Assembly (NCBI GenBank): GCA_027064425.1
Contig: JAMOPO010000027.1
Span: forward strand, 160,001-224,000
Direction of reading: 5' to 3'
From: Methanobacteriota archaeon
GTDB taxonomy: Archaea; JAADCQ01; Methanopyri; Methanopyrales; Methanopyraceae
Length of the DNA: 64,000 nt
The position numbers and the translations under genes were made by a program. Of the stretch, positions 54,658 to 64,000 are shown piece after piece. The notes under the pieces are model-generated. The model made no database searches, was not told where the DNA came from, and saw nothing but the letters and a program-made list of their open reading frames with translations. Each line of letters opens with the position of its first letter. Within the stretch, counting starts at the first letter, position 1.

Positions 54658-55929
54658 TTACTCCTCCTTCTCGATCTTGACGCACATTCCTGCCGCCACG
54701 GTCTGACCCATGTCTCGGATCGCGAACCGGCCCAGCTGCGGGATGTCCTTGACCTCCTCGATGACCATCGGCTTGGTGGGCTGCACGCGGACCCGCGCGG
54801 CCTCGCCGGTCTTCAGGAAGTCCGGGTTCTCCTCGATGACCTCACCGGTGGCTGGGTCGATCTTCTCGATCAGCTCCACGAACTTGCAGGCCACCTGCGC
54901 GGTGTGGCAGTGGAACACCGGCGTGTAGCCCGCCGAGATGGCGCTCGGGTGCTGCAGCACGACGATCTGGGCGATGAACGTGTCGTCCGGCGTGACCACG
55001 GTCGCCGGCTCGTCCGGGTGGCAGGCGACGTCACCTCGGCTGATGTCGTTCTTGCCGACGCCCTTCACGTTGAATCCGATGTTGTCACCCGGCTCGGCGC
55101 GCTCGATCTCCTCGTGGTGCATCTCGATGCTTCGGACCTCGCCCTCACCCTTGCGCCCGCCAGTGGCCGTGTACACCGGCTCGAACCGGACGGTGTCACC
55201 CACCTCTAGGACGCCGGTCTCGACTCGGCCGACGGGCACGGTACCGACACCGGTGATCGAGTACACGTCCTGCACCGGGATCCGCAGCGGCTTGTCGATC
55301 GGCTTCTCCGGCGGCTCCAGCTCGTCCAGGGCCTCGAGGATCGTCGGGCCGTCGTACCACGGCATGTTGTCGCTCCTCTCGACGACGTTGTCGCCCTCGA
55401 ACGCGCTGATCGGGATGAACGGGATCTTGTCCACGTCGTAGCCGATGGTCTTCAGCAGCTCGGCGACCTCCTCCTTAACCTCCTCGTACCGGTCCTTGTC
55501 GTAGTCCACGAGGTCCATCTTGTTGATCGCGACGATCAGCTGGTCGATACCCATCGTCTTGGCCAGGAAGGCGTGCTCCTTCGTCTGCGGCATCACTCCG
55601 TCGTCGGCGGCGACCACCAGGATGGCGGCGTCGGCCTGGCTGGCGCCGGTGATCATGTTCTTGACGAAGTCTCGGTGACCCGGGCAGTCCACGATCGTGA
55701 ACTCGTAGTTGTCGGTCTCGAACTTGGTGTGCGCCAGGTCGATGGTTACTCCTCGCTCTCGCTCCTCCTCCAGCGTGTCCATGACCACCCTGAACTTGTC
55801 CTCACCTTCACCCAGGTCCTTGTCGTCGATCACGCCCGTGTCGTACAGCAGTCGACCGACCAGGGTGGACTTACCGTGGTCTACGTGCCCGATAAACGCG
55901 AGGTTGATGTGCTCCTTCTCCTCTGCCAT
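54658..55929 (-). CDS. tuf: Translation elongation factor EF-1alpha
   Basis: [41 protein letters not shown]. Confidence 0.98.
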   Translation of the reverse strand: MAEEKEHINLAFIGHVDHGKSTLVGRLLYDTGVIDDKDLGEGEDKFRVVMDTLEEERERGVTIDLAHTKFETDNYEFTIVDCPGHRDFVKNMITGASQADAAILVVAADDGVMPQTKEHAFLAKTMGIDQLIVAINKMDLVDYDKDRYEEVKEEVAELLKTIGYDVDKIPFIPISAFEGDNVVERSDNMPWYDGPTILEALDELEPPEKPIDKPLRIPVQDVYSITGVGTVPVGRVETGVLEVGDTVRFEPVYTATGGRKGEGEVRSIEMHHEEIERAEPGDNIGFNVKGVGKNDISRGDVACHPDEPATVVTPDDTFIAQIVVLQHPSAISAGYTPVFHCHTAQVACKFVELIEKIDPATGEVIEENPDFLKTGEAARVRVQPTKPMVIEEVKDIPQLGRFAIRDMGQTVAAGMCVKIEKEE

Positions 55930-55976
55930 AGGGAAACATCCCCCACTCCAGCCTCTTCGGGCGGGCCGGAGTCACC

Positions 55977-55990
55977 TATTTTATAATGTT
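55977..55990 (-). promoter_or_regulatory. TATA box of the tuf-rps10 unit
   Basis: Minus strand AACATTATAAAATA about 50 nt upstream of the ATG. Confidence 0.65.
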
Positions 55991-56006
55991 GTCGGTGCGG
56001 AGTGAG

Positions 56007-56954
56007 TCAGTCCTCGAGGGATACGGGCTCGTTCCTCTCGACCGACTCGAGCGCGGCGATCGCCGTCTTGAGCACCTTGAGACCGGTCGCCCCGTCCACC
56101 CCGGGCTCCCGGTCCTCCATGATCGCCTCCGCGAAGTCCTTCAGCTCGAGCTTCAGGGGCTCCTCCCGCTCGATGTTGAACACCTTGACCCCTTCCTCGT
56201 CCATCATCCGGAGCTCCTGGTCGATGTACTGCACCTCCAGGATCGCCTCGCGCCCCGTGACCTCGAGCCGCCGCTCCTTGTACGGGGTCAGCCAGTTCAC
56301 CTCGATGAGGCCCGTCGGGTCGCCGTCGAACTTGAGCATGATCTCCGCGTAGTCCTCCCGAGTGCGGACGATCGCCGAGCCGGCCGCCGCGTACACCTCG
56401 ACCACGTCGGACTCGGTGAGGTACATCATGACGTCGATGTCGTGCACGGCGAGGTCCACGATCACGCCCACGTCCCGGATCCTCGGCGGGTAGGGGCCCA
56501 CCCGCTTGGCCGACATCACGACGATGTCGCCGACGTCCCCGCGAGAGATCACCTCCTTCGCCTTGATCACGCTGGGGTTGTACCGCTCGATGTGGCCAAC
56601 GGCGAGCTTCAGTCCGTGGTCCTCGGCGGCCTCGATGATGCGGAGGGCGTTCTCGACCGTGTCGGCGATGGGCTTCTCCACGAGGACGTGGACGCCGGCC
56701 TCGAGCGCGTCGACGGCGACGTCCGCGTGGTACTTCGTGGGGACGCAGACGCTCACACCGTCCAGGTCCTCCTCCCGCAGCATCTTCGTGTGGTCCGTGT
56801 ACCAGTTGGCCCCGTACCGCTTGGCGACCTTCCGGGCGCGGGACTCATCCACGTCGCAGACCGCCACGAGCTCCGTCTCCTCCAGCTCGTGGTAGACTCG
56901 GGCGTGGTTGCTGCCCATCATTCCCACTCCGATCACGCCCATCCGGACGGGCAA
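56007..56954 (-). CDS. Gfo/Idh/MocA oxidoreductase (UDP-GlcNAc 3-dehydrogenase-like)
   Basis: GVIGVGMMG..H, VEKPIA, GHIERYNP, RIRDVGVIVDLAVHDID, NWLTP; TTG 56954. Confidence 0.88.
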   Translation of the reverse strand: MPVRMGVIGVGMMGSNHARVYHELEETELVAVCDVDESRARKVAKRYGANWYTDHTKMLREEDLDGVSVCVPTKYHADVAVDALEAGVHVLVEKPIADTVENALRIIEAAEDHGLKLAVGHIERYNPSVIKAKEVISRGDVGDIVVMSAKRVGPYPPRIRDVGVIVDLAVHDIDVMMYLTESDVVEVYAAAGSAIVRTREDYAEIMLKFDGDPTGLIEVNWLTPYKERRLEVTGREAILEVQYIDQELRMMDEEGVKVFNIEREEPLKLELKDFAEAIMEDREPGVDGATGLKVLKTAIAALESVERNEPVSLED

Positions 56955-57015
56955 ATGAGGACCCCCAGAAGAGGGGACGCTCGGTCGCGTGAAGGGTGTG
57001 AAGATGGTGTCGGTC

Positions 57016-57042
57016 AAATCGTTATGAAGATCGTAACGATCC
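57016..57042. repeat. 27-bp palindromic motif, copy 4
   Basis: AAATCGTTA-TGAAGATCG-TAACGATCC. Confidence 0.72.
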
Positions 57043-57058
57043 GCGGGGCTGGCGTGAG

Positions 57059-57113
57059 CCCCCATCCCCCGCCCCCTGGGCGTTTCGCCCTTCGGGGGCG
57101 GGTTCATCGGGGG
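57059..57113 (-). promoter_or_regulatory. SECIS element in the hdrA 3' UTR
   Basis: Minus strand CCCGCCCCC-GAA-GGGCG-AAA-CGCCC-A-GGGGGCGGG (archaeal GAA/A bulge) starting within 30 nt of the stop. Confidence 0.88.
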
Positions 57114-57129
57114 AGGGTGACCGTGAGCC

Positions 57130-59142
57130 TTACTCCTCCTCTTCCTCCTCGCTGGTCGCCTCCTCGAGCAGTGCCTCGAGCTGCGGCATCAGCTGCTCGT
57201 CCCGGTAGTACCGCAGCTGCATGGCGCCGCTCGGACACGCCGCGGCGCACTGGCCGCAGCCCTCGCAGGCGACCTCCTCGACCTCGGCGACCTTCTTGCC
57301 GTCCTTCTCGACGATCTCGATGGCGTCGAACGGGCACACCTGCGCGCACGCGCCGCAGCCGCCGCAGACGTCCTCGTCGACGGTGGCCGTGATCAGCTCG
57401 ATCTCGACCTTGCCCTGCGACATCGGGATGCTGGCCTCGCTGGCCGCACCCTTCGCCTGGGCCACCGTGTCCGGGATGTCCTTCGGACCCTGCGCTACGC
57501 CGGCGATCTGCACGCCGCGGACCTTCGTGCTGACCGGCTCCAGCTTCGGGTGCAGCTCCTTGAAGAACCCGTCCGGCGACCGGTCGATGCCCAGCATGTC
57601 GGCGAGCTTGCTGTAGGTCTCCTCCGGTGCGACCAGCGCGCAGCCGAGGACGACCAGGTCCGCCTCGATCTCCAGCGGCTCGCCGGTGAGCGTGTCCTCG
57701 ACGCGCACGATGAGGTTCTTGGTCTCCGGGTCCTCGATGATCTCCGCCGGCCGGCCGCGGATGAACCGCACGCCGAACTGCTTCTGCGCGCGCTCGTAGT
57801 ACTCCTCGTAGCCCTTACCGAACGCTCGCACGTCCATGTAGCAGCAGTAGACCTCCGCCTCCGGGTTGTGCTGCTTGATCAGCTGCGCGTTCTTGAGGAT
57901 GAACATGCAGCAGATCCTGCTGCAGTACGCGTTACCCTTCTCCTCCTTGCCCGGGCACCGCGAGCCCACGCAGTGGATGAACACGATCCGCTCCGGCTCC
58001 TTGCCGTCGCTCGGCCGGATCACGTGGCCCTCCGTCGGACCCGCCGGGTTCAGCATCCGCTCGAGCTCCAGCGTGGTGATCACGTTGTCGTACTTGCCGT
58101 AGCCGTACTCCTCGAGCTGGCTCGGATCGAACTCCTCGTAGCCGGTGGCGACGATGATCGTGCCCACCTTGAGCCGGATCTCCTCCGGCTCCTGGTCGAA
58201 GTCGATCGCCGGCGGGTCCTGCGGGCACGCCTCCTCGCACAGCCGGCACTCGATGCAGTGCTCGCGGTCGATCGTGTAGACCAGCGGCATCGCCTGCGGG
58301 AACGGCACGTAGATCGCCTTCCTGGTGCCGATTCCGAGGTCGAACTCGTTGGGCACCTCGATCGGGCAGACCTCGGCGCAGACGCCGCAGCCCGTGCACG
58401 CCTCCTCGTCCACGTACCGCGGCTTCTTCTCGATGGTGACCTCGAAGTTGCCGATGTAACCGTCGATCTCCTTGACCTCGGCGTAGGTGATCAGCTCGAT
58501 GTTCGGGTGGTTACCGACCTGCACCATCTTCGGCGCTAGGATTCACATGGCGCAGTCGTCCGTCGGGAACGTCTTCGCCAGCCGCGCCATGTTGCCGCCG
58601 ATCGTCGGCTCCTTCTCGACCAGGTACACCTTGAAGCCCTGGTCCGCCAGGTCCAGCGCCGCCTGGATGCCCGCGATACCGCCACCGATGATGAGCACGC
58701 TGTCCTCGACCTCGACCTCCTTGGTGGGCACGTCCTCGAGCTTGCGCGCCCGCTCGACCGCCGCGCGGACCAGGGTCTTGGCCTTCTCCGTGGCCTTCTC
58801 CGGCTCGTCCAGGTGCACGAACGAGCAGTGCTCCCGGATGTTGACCATCTCCATGTAGTACGGTGACAGCCCTGCCTCCTTGACGCAGTTCCTGAACGTG
58901 TTCTCGTGGATCTTCGGCGTGCAGGCGACGACCACGACGCGGTCCAGGTCGTGCTCCTTGATCGCCTCCTGGATCTTCTCCTGCCCTGGATCCGAGCAGA
59001 AGAACGGGTAGTCCGTCGCGTACACGACGCCCGGCAGCTGCTTAGCGTACTCCACGACCTCCTCGACGTCTACCACTGCCTTGATGTTGACGCCTCAGTG
59101 GCACACGAACACTCCGACCCTGACGTCGTCACTCTCGCTCAC
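57130..59142 (-). CDS. hdrA: Heterodisulfide reductase subunit A, selenoprotein (UGA at codons 16 and 200)
   Basis: One frame from GTG 59142; in-frame TGA at 59095-59097 (VCH*GVNI) and 58543-58545 (DDCAM*ILAPKM), both at conserved Cys positions; GGGIAG FAD motif, ferredoxin motifs, CSRICC; SECIS downstream. Confidence 0.95.
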
Positions 59143-59255
59143 TCGTTCTCACCCCCTTCCCGTTGTGAGAGACCCTCCCACCTCCACGCCCGCTCCCCAG
59201 CCGCGGAAACTTAAGCAGGGGTCATTGAGGAAGTTGAGAGGGGGAGCGAAAGTCC

Positions 59256-60002
59256 CTACAGGCCCGGGAGCGACAGGGGCTTCGACAGCAGCACGTAGAG
59301 CCACATTGACAGGTAATTAGCCAGGTGATCCAGCGCGCTGTTCAGCGCGCTCTCGGCGTCCCTGAAGGCGCTCTCCTCCAGCTCGTTGTTGGCCTGCTTC
59401 AGGTAGCTCTCGATCGTGTCCTTGAAGTCCTTGACCACGCTCAGCTCCTGCAGGTAGGCCTTGACGTACTCCTTAGCGGCGGCCGCGGCCACCTGCATGA
59501 GGTTGATGAGGTTGGTGTTCGGCTGCAGCGAGGCGAGGATCCCCAGGTGAATCTGCGTGAGCGCCTTCCCGAGCTCCTGCAGCTTCTGCTGGATCACGGC
59601 CTTGAGGGCGGGCAGCGTGATCGCCACCATCAGGTCCTCCGGCCGGACCGGCTCGTGCAGCGCCCTACCGCGGAGGTAGTCCAGCACGGCCCCCACCGCG
59701 CTGGACACTGCCTGAACCAGCTCGGTGGACATGCTCTGAGCGAGGCTCAGGTACTGACTCGGGGCGCTCGGGGCGGTCTGCCCGGTCTGCTGACCCTGCT
59801 GCGCCTGGGTCTGGGACTGCCCCTGCTGACTCTGGGCCTGGTCGGCGGTCGCCGTGTCGCCCGCACCGGCGGCCGGGGCGACCGCGGGCGCCTGGCCGAC
59901 GGCGGGCTGGGCCGAGCACTGCAGCTGGGGTGCCTCGGTGGCGGCCGCGCCCGTCACCACGACCGGGATGAGCGCGAGCAGGGCGAGGATCACCGAGCGC
60001 AT
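59256..60002 (-). CDS. Secreted/surface hypothetical protein with a Gln/Ala-rich linker
   Basis: MRSVILALLALIPVVVTGAAA signal-like peptide, low-complexity Q/A segment, helical C-terminus. Confidence 0.7.
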   Translation of the reverse strand: MRSVILALLALIPVVVTGAAATEAPQLQCSAQPAVGQAPAVAPAAGAGDTATADQAQSQQGQSQTQAQQGQQTGQTAPSAPSQYLSLAQSMSTELVQAVSSAVGAVLDYLRGRALHEPVRPEDLMVAITLPALKAVIQQKLQELGKALTQIHLGILASLQPNTNLINLMQVAAAAAKEYVKAYLQELSVVKDFKDTIESYLKQANNELEESAFRDAESALNSALDHLANYLSMWLYVLLSKPLSLPGL

Positions 60003-60035
60003 ACCGCGGCCCCGGCGCGTAGCATCCACGATACT

Positions 60036-60046
60036 GTTTTAAAATT
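60036..60046. promoter_or_regulatory. Bidirectional TATA element
   Basis: GTTTTAAAATT midway between divergent starts 60002 and 60079. Confidence 0.6.
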
Positions 60047-60078
60047 CTCTCCGCGGAGGGCGCAGGGGGTGGCTGAAC

Positions 60079-60600
60079 GTGGTGAACAGACCGGCCAGGA
60101 TCTACCGGGAGTGGAAGGGCCCGGCGTACACTCGGAAGGAGTACATCAAGGGTGTGCCCGACCCGAAGATCCAGCAGTTTGACATGGGTAACCCGTCGAA
60201 GGACTTCGACGTGGAGCTGTCGCTGGTCGCGAAGGAGCGGGCGCAGGTGACGCACAACGCGCTGGAGGCGGCGCGCGTCGCGGCGAACCGGTACCTCGCG
60301 AAGACGGTCGGTCGAGACAATTACCACCTGGAGATCCGGGTGTACCCGCACCACGTGCTGCGCGAGAACCCGCTGGCAACGGGCGCCGGTGCGGACCGAG
60401 TGCAGGAGGGCATGCGCCTGGCCTTCGGTAAGCCGATCGGCACGGCGGCCCGGGTGCGCGAGGGGCAGCGGGTCATCACCGTGCGGCTGGACCCGGAGAA
60501 CTACGAGCACGGTAAGGAGGCCCTCCGGCGGGCCGGCATGAAGTTCCCGTTCCCGTTCACGATCGTGATCGACAAGGGCGAAGAGCTCGTGCAGGACTGA
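60079..60600 (+). CDS. rpl10e: 50S ribosomal protein uL16 (L10e)
   Basis: [37 protein letters not shown]. Confidence 0.97.
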   Translation: MVNRPARIYREWKGPAYTRKEYIKGVPDPKIQQFDMGNPSKDFDVELSLVAKERAQVTHNALEAARVAANRYLAKTVGRDNYHLEIRVYPHHVLRENPLATGAGADRVQEGMRLAFGKPIGTAARVREGQRVITVRLDPENYEHGKEALRRAGMKFPFPFTIVIDKGEELVQD

Positions 60601-60606
60601 CGGGGC

Positions 60607-62928
60607 GTGCCGACCGTGGAGTACGTCAAGTGGTTTGAGGAGATCTCCAAGGACGACGTTGACGTCGCCGGCGGCAAGGGCGCCAACCTGGGCGAGATGA
60701 CGCAGGCCGGCCTCCCCGTCCCGCCCGGCTTCGTCGTGACCGCGGACGCGTACGAGAAGTTCCTGGAGGAGACCGGCCTGCGCGAGAAGATCCGCGAGAT
60801 CCTAGAGTCGCACGACCTCTCCGACGACAAGGAGCTCCGGGAGGCGGCGGAGGAGGTTCAGCGGCTGATCGTGGAGGCGGAGATGCCGGAGGAGATCCGG
60901 GAGGAGATCGTCCGGGCTTACCGGGAGCTGTGCGAGAAGGTGGGCAAGGACGAGGAGTTCGTGGCCGTGCGCTCCTCGGCCACCGCGGAGGACCTGCCCG
61001 AGGCCTCGTTCGCGGGTCAGCAGGACACGTACCTGAACGTGAAGGGCGAGGAAGAGGTCGTTAAGCACGTGCAGAAGTGCTGGGCCTCGCTGTTCAACCC
61101 GCGGGCGATCGCGTACCGGGAGGAGCAGGGCTTCGACCACTTCGACGTCTCGATCGCGGTCGTGGTGCAGAAGATGGTCGACGCGGACAAGGCGGGCGTG
61201 ATGTTCACCGTCAACCCGCACACGGGCGACCGTGATAAGCTGGTCATCGAGGCGGCCTGGGGCCTGGGAGAGGCCGTCGTGAGCGGCGAGGTCACCCCGG
61301 ACACGTACATCGTCGACAAGAGCTCGTTCGAGGTGATCGAGGAGCAGGTCTCGGAGCAGGAGTGGATGTACACGCGGGACCCGGAGACGGGGGAGACGAA
61401 GAAGGTCGAGGTGCCGGAGGACAAGCGGTCGGAGCGGAAGCTCACGGACGAGGAGATCAAGGAGCTGGCGAAGACGGGCGTGGCGATCGAGGAGCACTAC
61501 GGCTTCCCGCAGGACATCGAGTGGGCGATCGAGGACGGGGAGGTGTACATCCTGCAGTCGCGGCCGGTGACCACGCTCCGAGAGGAGGAAGAGGAGGAGA
61601 AGGAGGAGGTTGAGGCCGAGGCGGAGGGTGAGGTGCTCGTTCGCGGGCTGGGTGCGAGCCCGGGCGTGGGCGTCGGTCGGGTCAAGGTCGTCATGGACGT
61701 GGACGAGATCGACAAGGTGGAGGAGGGTGACGTCCTCGTCACGAAGATGACCACGCCGGACATGGTCCCGGCGATGCGCAAGGCGGCCGCGATCGTGACG
61801 GACGAGGGTGGCATCACCTGCCACGCGGCGATCGTGTCGCGGGAGCTCGGCATCCCGTGCGTGGTCGGCACCGGGAACGCGACGGAGGTGCTGGAGGACG
61901 GGCAGCTGGTCACGGTGGACGGGGAGAAGGGCGTCGTCTACGAGGGCGACGTGAGCGCGGAGCTGGGTGAGGAGGAGGCCGAGGCGGAGGAAGAGGAGAA
62001 GGAGGTCGTGGTCGAGCGGGCCGCGTACGAGCCCGTGACGGCCACGGAGATCAAGGTGAACGTGAGCATGCCGGAGGCGGCGGAGCGGGCGGCCGAGACC
62101 GGCGCGGACGGCGTGGGCCTGCTCCGGATCGAGCACATGATCCTGGGCATCGGCGTGCACCCGCGCAAGCTCATCGAGGAGGGTGAGCGGGAGCGGCTGG
62201 TCGAGTCCCTGGTGGACGGCATCCGGAAGGTGGCGGACGCGTTCTACCCGAAGCCGGTCTGGGTCCGGACGCTGGACGCGCCGACCGACGAGTTCCGCGA
62301 GCTGGAGGGCGGCGAGCGGGAGCCGGAGGAGGCGAACCCGATGCTCGGCTGGCGCGGCATCCGGCGGGACCTGGAGGAGCGCGAGATGCTGGAGTGCCAG
62401 TTCGAGGCGATCCGGCGGCTGTACGAGGAGGGCTACGACAATCTAGGCGTGATGATCCCGCTCGTTCAGCACCCGGAGGAGCTGCGGCGCGCCAAGAGGA
62501 TCGCCCGGGACGTCGGGCTCAAGCCGCACCGGCACGTCGAGTTCGGCATGATGGTCGAGACGCCGGCCGCCGCCGTGCTCATCGACGAGTTCATCAAGGA
62601 GAAGCTGGACTTCGTCAGCCTGGGCACGAACGACCTGACCCAGTACACGCTCGCCGTGGACCGGAACAACGACAAGGTCGCGCACCTGTACGACGAGAAG
62701 CACCCGGCCGTCCTCAGGCTGATCAAGCGCGTGATTCGGGAGTGCAAGGAGGCGGGCGTGCAGACCAGCATCTGCGGGCAGGCGGGCAGCGACCCGCGCA
62801 TGGCCGAGATCCTCGTGCGCGCGGGCATCGACAGCATCTCGGCCAACATCGATGCGGTGCCGAAGATCCGGCGGATCGTGGCGCGCGTGGAGCGCAAGAT
62901 CCTGCTGGACCAGATCCGGGGCTCCTGA
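60607..62928 (+). CDS. ppsA: Phosphoenolpyruvate synthase
   Basis: GGKGANLGEM, VRSSATAEDL, GGITCHAAIVSRE phospho-His, NPMLGWRG, GTNDLTQ. Confidence 0.97.
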   Translation: MPTVEYVKWFEEISKDDVDVAGGKGANLGEMTQAGLPVPPGFVVTADAYEKFLEETGLREKIREILESHDLSDDKELREAAEEVQRLIVEAEMPEEIREEIVRAYRELCEKVGKDEEFVAVRSSATAEDLPEASFAGQQDTYLNVKGEEEVVKHVQKCWASLFNPRAIAYREEQGFDHFDVSIAVVVQKMVDADKAGVMFTVNPHTGDRDKLVIEAAWGLGEAVVSGEVTPDTYIVDKSSFEVIEEQVSEQEWMYTRDPETGETKKVEVPEDKRSERKLTDEEIKELAKTGVAIEEHYGFPQDIEWAIEDGEVYILQSRPVTTLREEEEEEKEEVEAEAEGEVLVRGLGASPGVGVGRVKVVMDVDEIDKVEEGDVLVTKMTTPDMVPAMRKAAAIVTDEGGITCHAAIVSRELGIPCVVGTGNATEVLEDGQLVTVDGEKGVVYEGDVSAELGEEEAEAEEEEKEVVVERAAYEPVTATEIKVNVSMPEAAERAAETGADGVGLLRIEHMILGIGVHPRKLIEEGERERLVESLVDGIRKVADAFYPKPVWVRTLDAPTDEFRELEGGEREPEEANPMLGWRGIRRDLEEREMLECQFEAIRRLYEEGYDNLGVMIPLVQHPEELRRAKRIARDVGLKPHRHVEFGMMVETPAAAVLIDEFIKEKLDFVSLGTNDLTQYTLAVDRNNDKVAHLYDEKHPAVLRLIKRVIRECKEAGVQTSICGQAGSDPRMAEILVRAGIDSISANIDAVPKIRRIVARVERKILLDQIRGS

Positions 62929-62934
62929 CGCCCC

Positions 62935-63648
62935 TTGTCCTCCCATCTTTTGGACTCCCTCTCCCGCCTCGGCCTCTCCGAGCGGGAGGCCCGCGCCTAC
63001 TTATTTCTGCTGAAAAACGGCGAGTCGACCGCGCGCGAGGTCAGCGAGGGCACCGGCATCCCGATCTCGAAGGTCTACTCCGTGCTGAAATCCCTGGAGA
63101 AGAAAGGCTGGGTGACCGTGAAGCGCTCCTCCAGACCGGCCCGTTACGCCCCCGTCAACCCGGAGGTCGCCGTCGAGCGGGCCGTCGAGCGGGAGCTGGA
63201 GCGCAAGCGAGAGGAGCTCGAGGAGCAGGCCAGGCGCGCGCTGAGGGAGCTCGCCGAGTCCTACGCCTCGCACCGGAAAACGGTGGCGCAGGTGTACGAG
63301 GGGGAGCCCGCCAAAGACACGCTCAGAAGGACGCTCCGGCTGGCGCGCGAGGTCTGCGGGATCGTTCACGTCGGGAAAACCCTCCCGGACTGGCTGGTCC
63401 GAGACCTCTCGCGGGTCTCGGGACCACTGATCGTGCGCTGCGAGTCCGACCCCCCGCTCGAGCACCCGAGGATGGTCGTGAGGAGGCCGGGGCTGGAGGT
63501 CGACACCACGGTCCTCACGCTGGCGGTCGACCGAGGTGAGCTCATGCTGGCCCGGCTGGGCGAGCCGAACTACCTCCTGCTGGTTCGGGAGCCGATCGCC
63601 GCGGAGGGGCTCCGGAGCGTGGTGATCAAGACCTTAGAAGAGTCCTGA
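62935..63648 (+). CDS. TrmB family transcriptional regulator
   Basis: LGLSEREARAY..LL..GESTAREVS...SKVYSVLKSL..KGWV. Confidence 0.88.
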   Translation: MSSHLLDSLSRLGLSEREARAYLFLLKNGESTAREVSEGTGIPISKVYSVLKSLEKKGWVTVKRSSRPARYAPVNPEVAVERAVERELERKREELEEQARRALRELAESYASHRKTVAQVYEGEPAKDTLRRTLRLAREVCGIVHVGKTLPDWLVRDLSRVSGPLIVRCESDPPLEHPRMVVRRPGLEVDTTVLTLAVDRGELMLARLGEPNYLLLVREPIAAEGLRSVVIKTLEES

Positions 63649-64000
63649 CGGCCTCGGACAGCACGCTCCGAGGCAGGACCTCCCGGCCCACCGCCGTGAG
63701 GAGGACCTCCAGCTTGTCCGCCCACCACACGCACCAGTCGAGCCGGGTTCTCGGCGGCGGGCTGAACGGGAACATGTGCCGCCGCACCGCCGCGACGATG
63801 GCCCTCCCCTCACCCTCCCGGGCCAGCAGGTCCGCTCCGGTCTTCCAGTGGCAGACCCCGCAGTGACCGCCGGGATCCAGCCGGCAGAGCGGGCATCCTC
63901 GGATCCCGTAGCCGACGTCGTGAAGGAGTCCCGCCCGGACCGCCGTGAGCTCGTCCACGCCCAGCACCCGGGCCAGCCGCCAGCACAGGTACGCGGTCTT
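63626..64000 (-). CDS. HD-domain phosphohydrolase (5'-truncated by window edge)
   Basis: AGLLHDVG, H..GA, HMFP, WADK. Confidence 0.78.
   Translation of the reverse strand, partial: KTAYLCWRLARVLGVDELTAVRAGLLHDVGYGIRGCPLCRLDPGGHCGVCHWKTGADLLAREGEGRAIVAAVRRHMFPFSPPPRTRLDWCVWWADKLEVLLTAVGREVLPRSVLSEAVRTLLRS

Noticed and set aside
56955-57015. C-box-like words (ATGAGGA, GTGAAGA) between the gfo gene and the SECIS
   Set aside because: No D boxes at guide-length spacing.
57130-59142. hdrA apparently split into two ORFs or pseudogenised
   Set aside because: Both interruptions are in-frame UGA at conserved Cys positions and a SECIS follows the gene, so this is Sec recoding.

Overview
High-GC, very densely packed archaeal chromosomal segment, almost certainly from a Methanopyrus species. 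The evidence is an Ftr that closely resembles my recollection of the M. kandleri enzyme, acidic proteins, an initiator tRNA gene with C at position 8, a selenocysteine-containing HdrA, a stand-alone YcaO and a pseudomurein-type MraY-like gene. There are about 65 protein genes, mostly housekeeping or methanogenesis (tmcA, comB, cbf5, tfrB, gatE, glmS, glyA, serB, aroE, ftr, ycaO, mfnD/mfnF-like, hel308, lysC, thiC, asnB, hjc, tmk, nadX, thg1, rps10, EF-1a, hdrA, rpl10e, ppsA). I also see one tRNA-iMet, at least three or four box C/D guide RNAs and a SECIS element. No CRISPR array, rRNA or intact mobile element was seen. The most notable observations are: (1) hdrA has two in-frame UGA codons, and its 3' SECIS satisfies both the archaeal GAA/A and the eukaryotic AUGA-N11-AA-N24-GA patterns; (2) a 27-bp palindrome occurs four times at gene boundaries; (3) an operon encodes a membrane-anchored GGDD palm-domain protein, a tandem-domain partner and a stand-alone Pnkp-type RNA ligase domain; (4) an eS26 ribosomal protein homolog is present in a euryarchaeon; (5) a catalytically dead tyrosine-recombinase-like gene is coupled to lysC. 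All family assignments come from motif recognition by eye, not from database searches.
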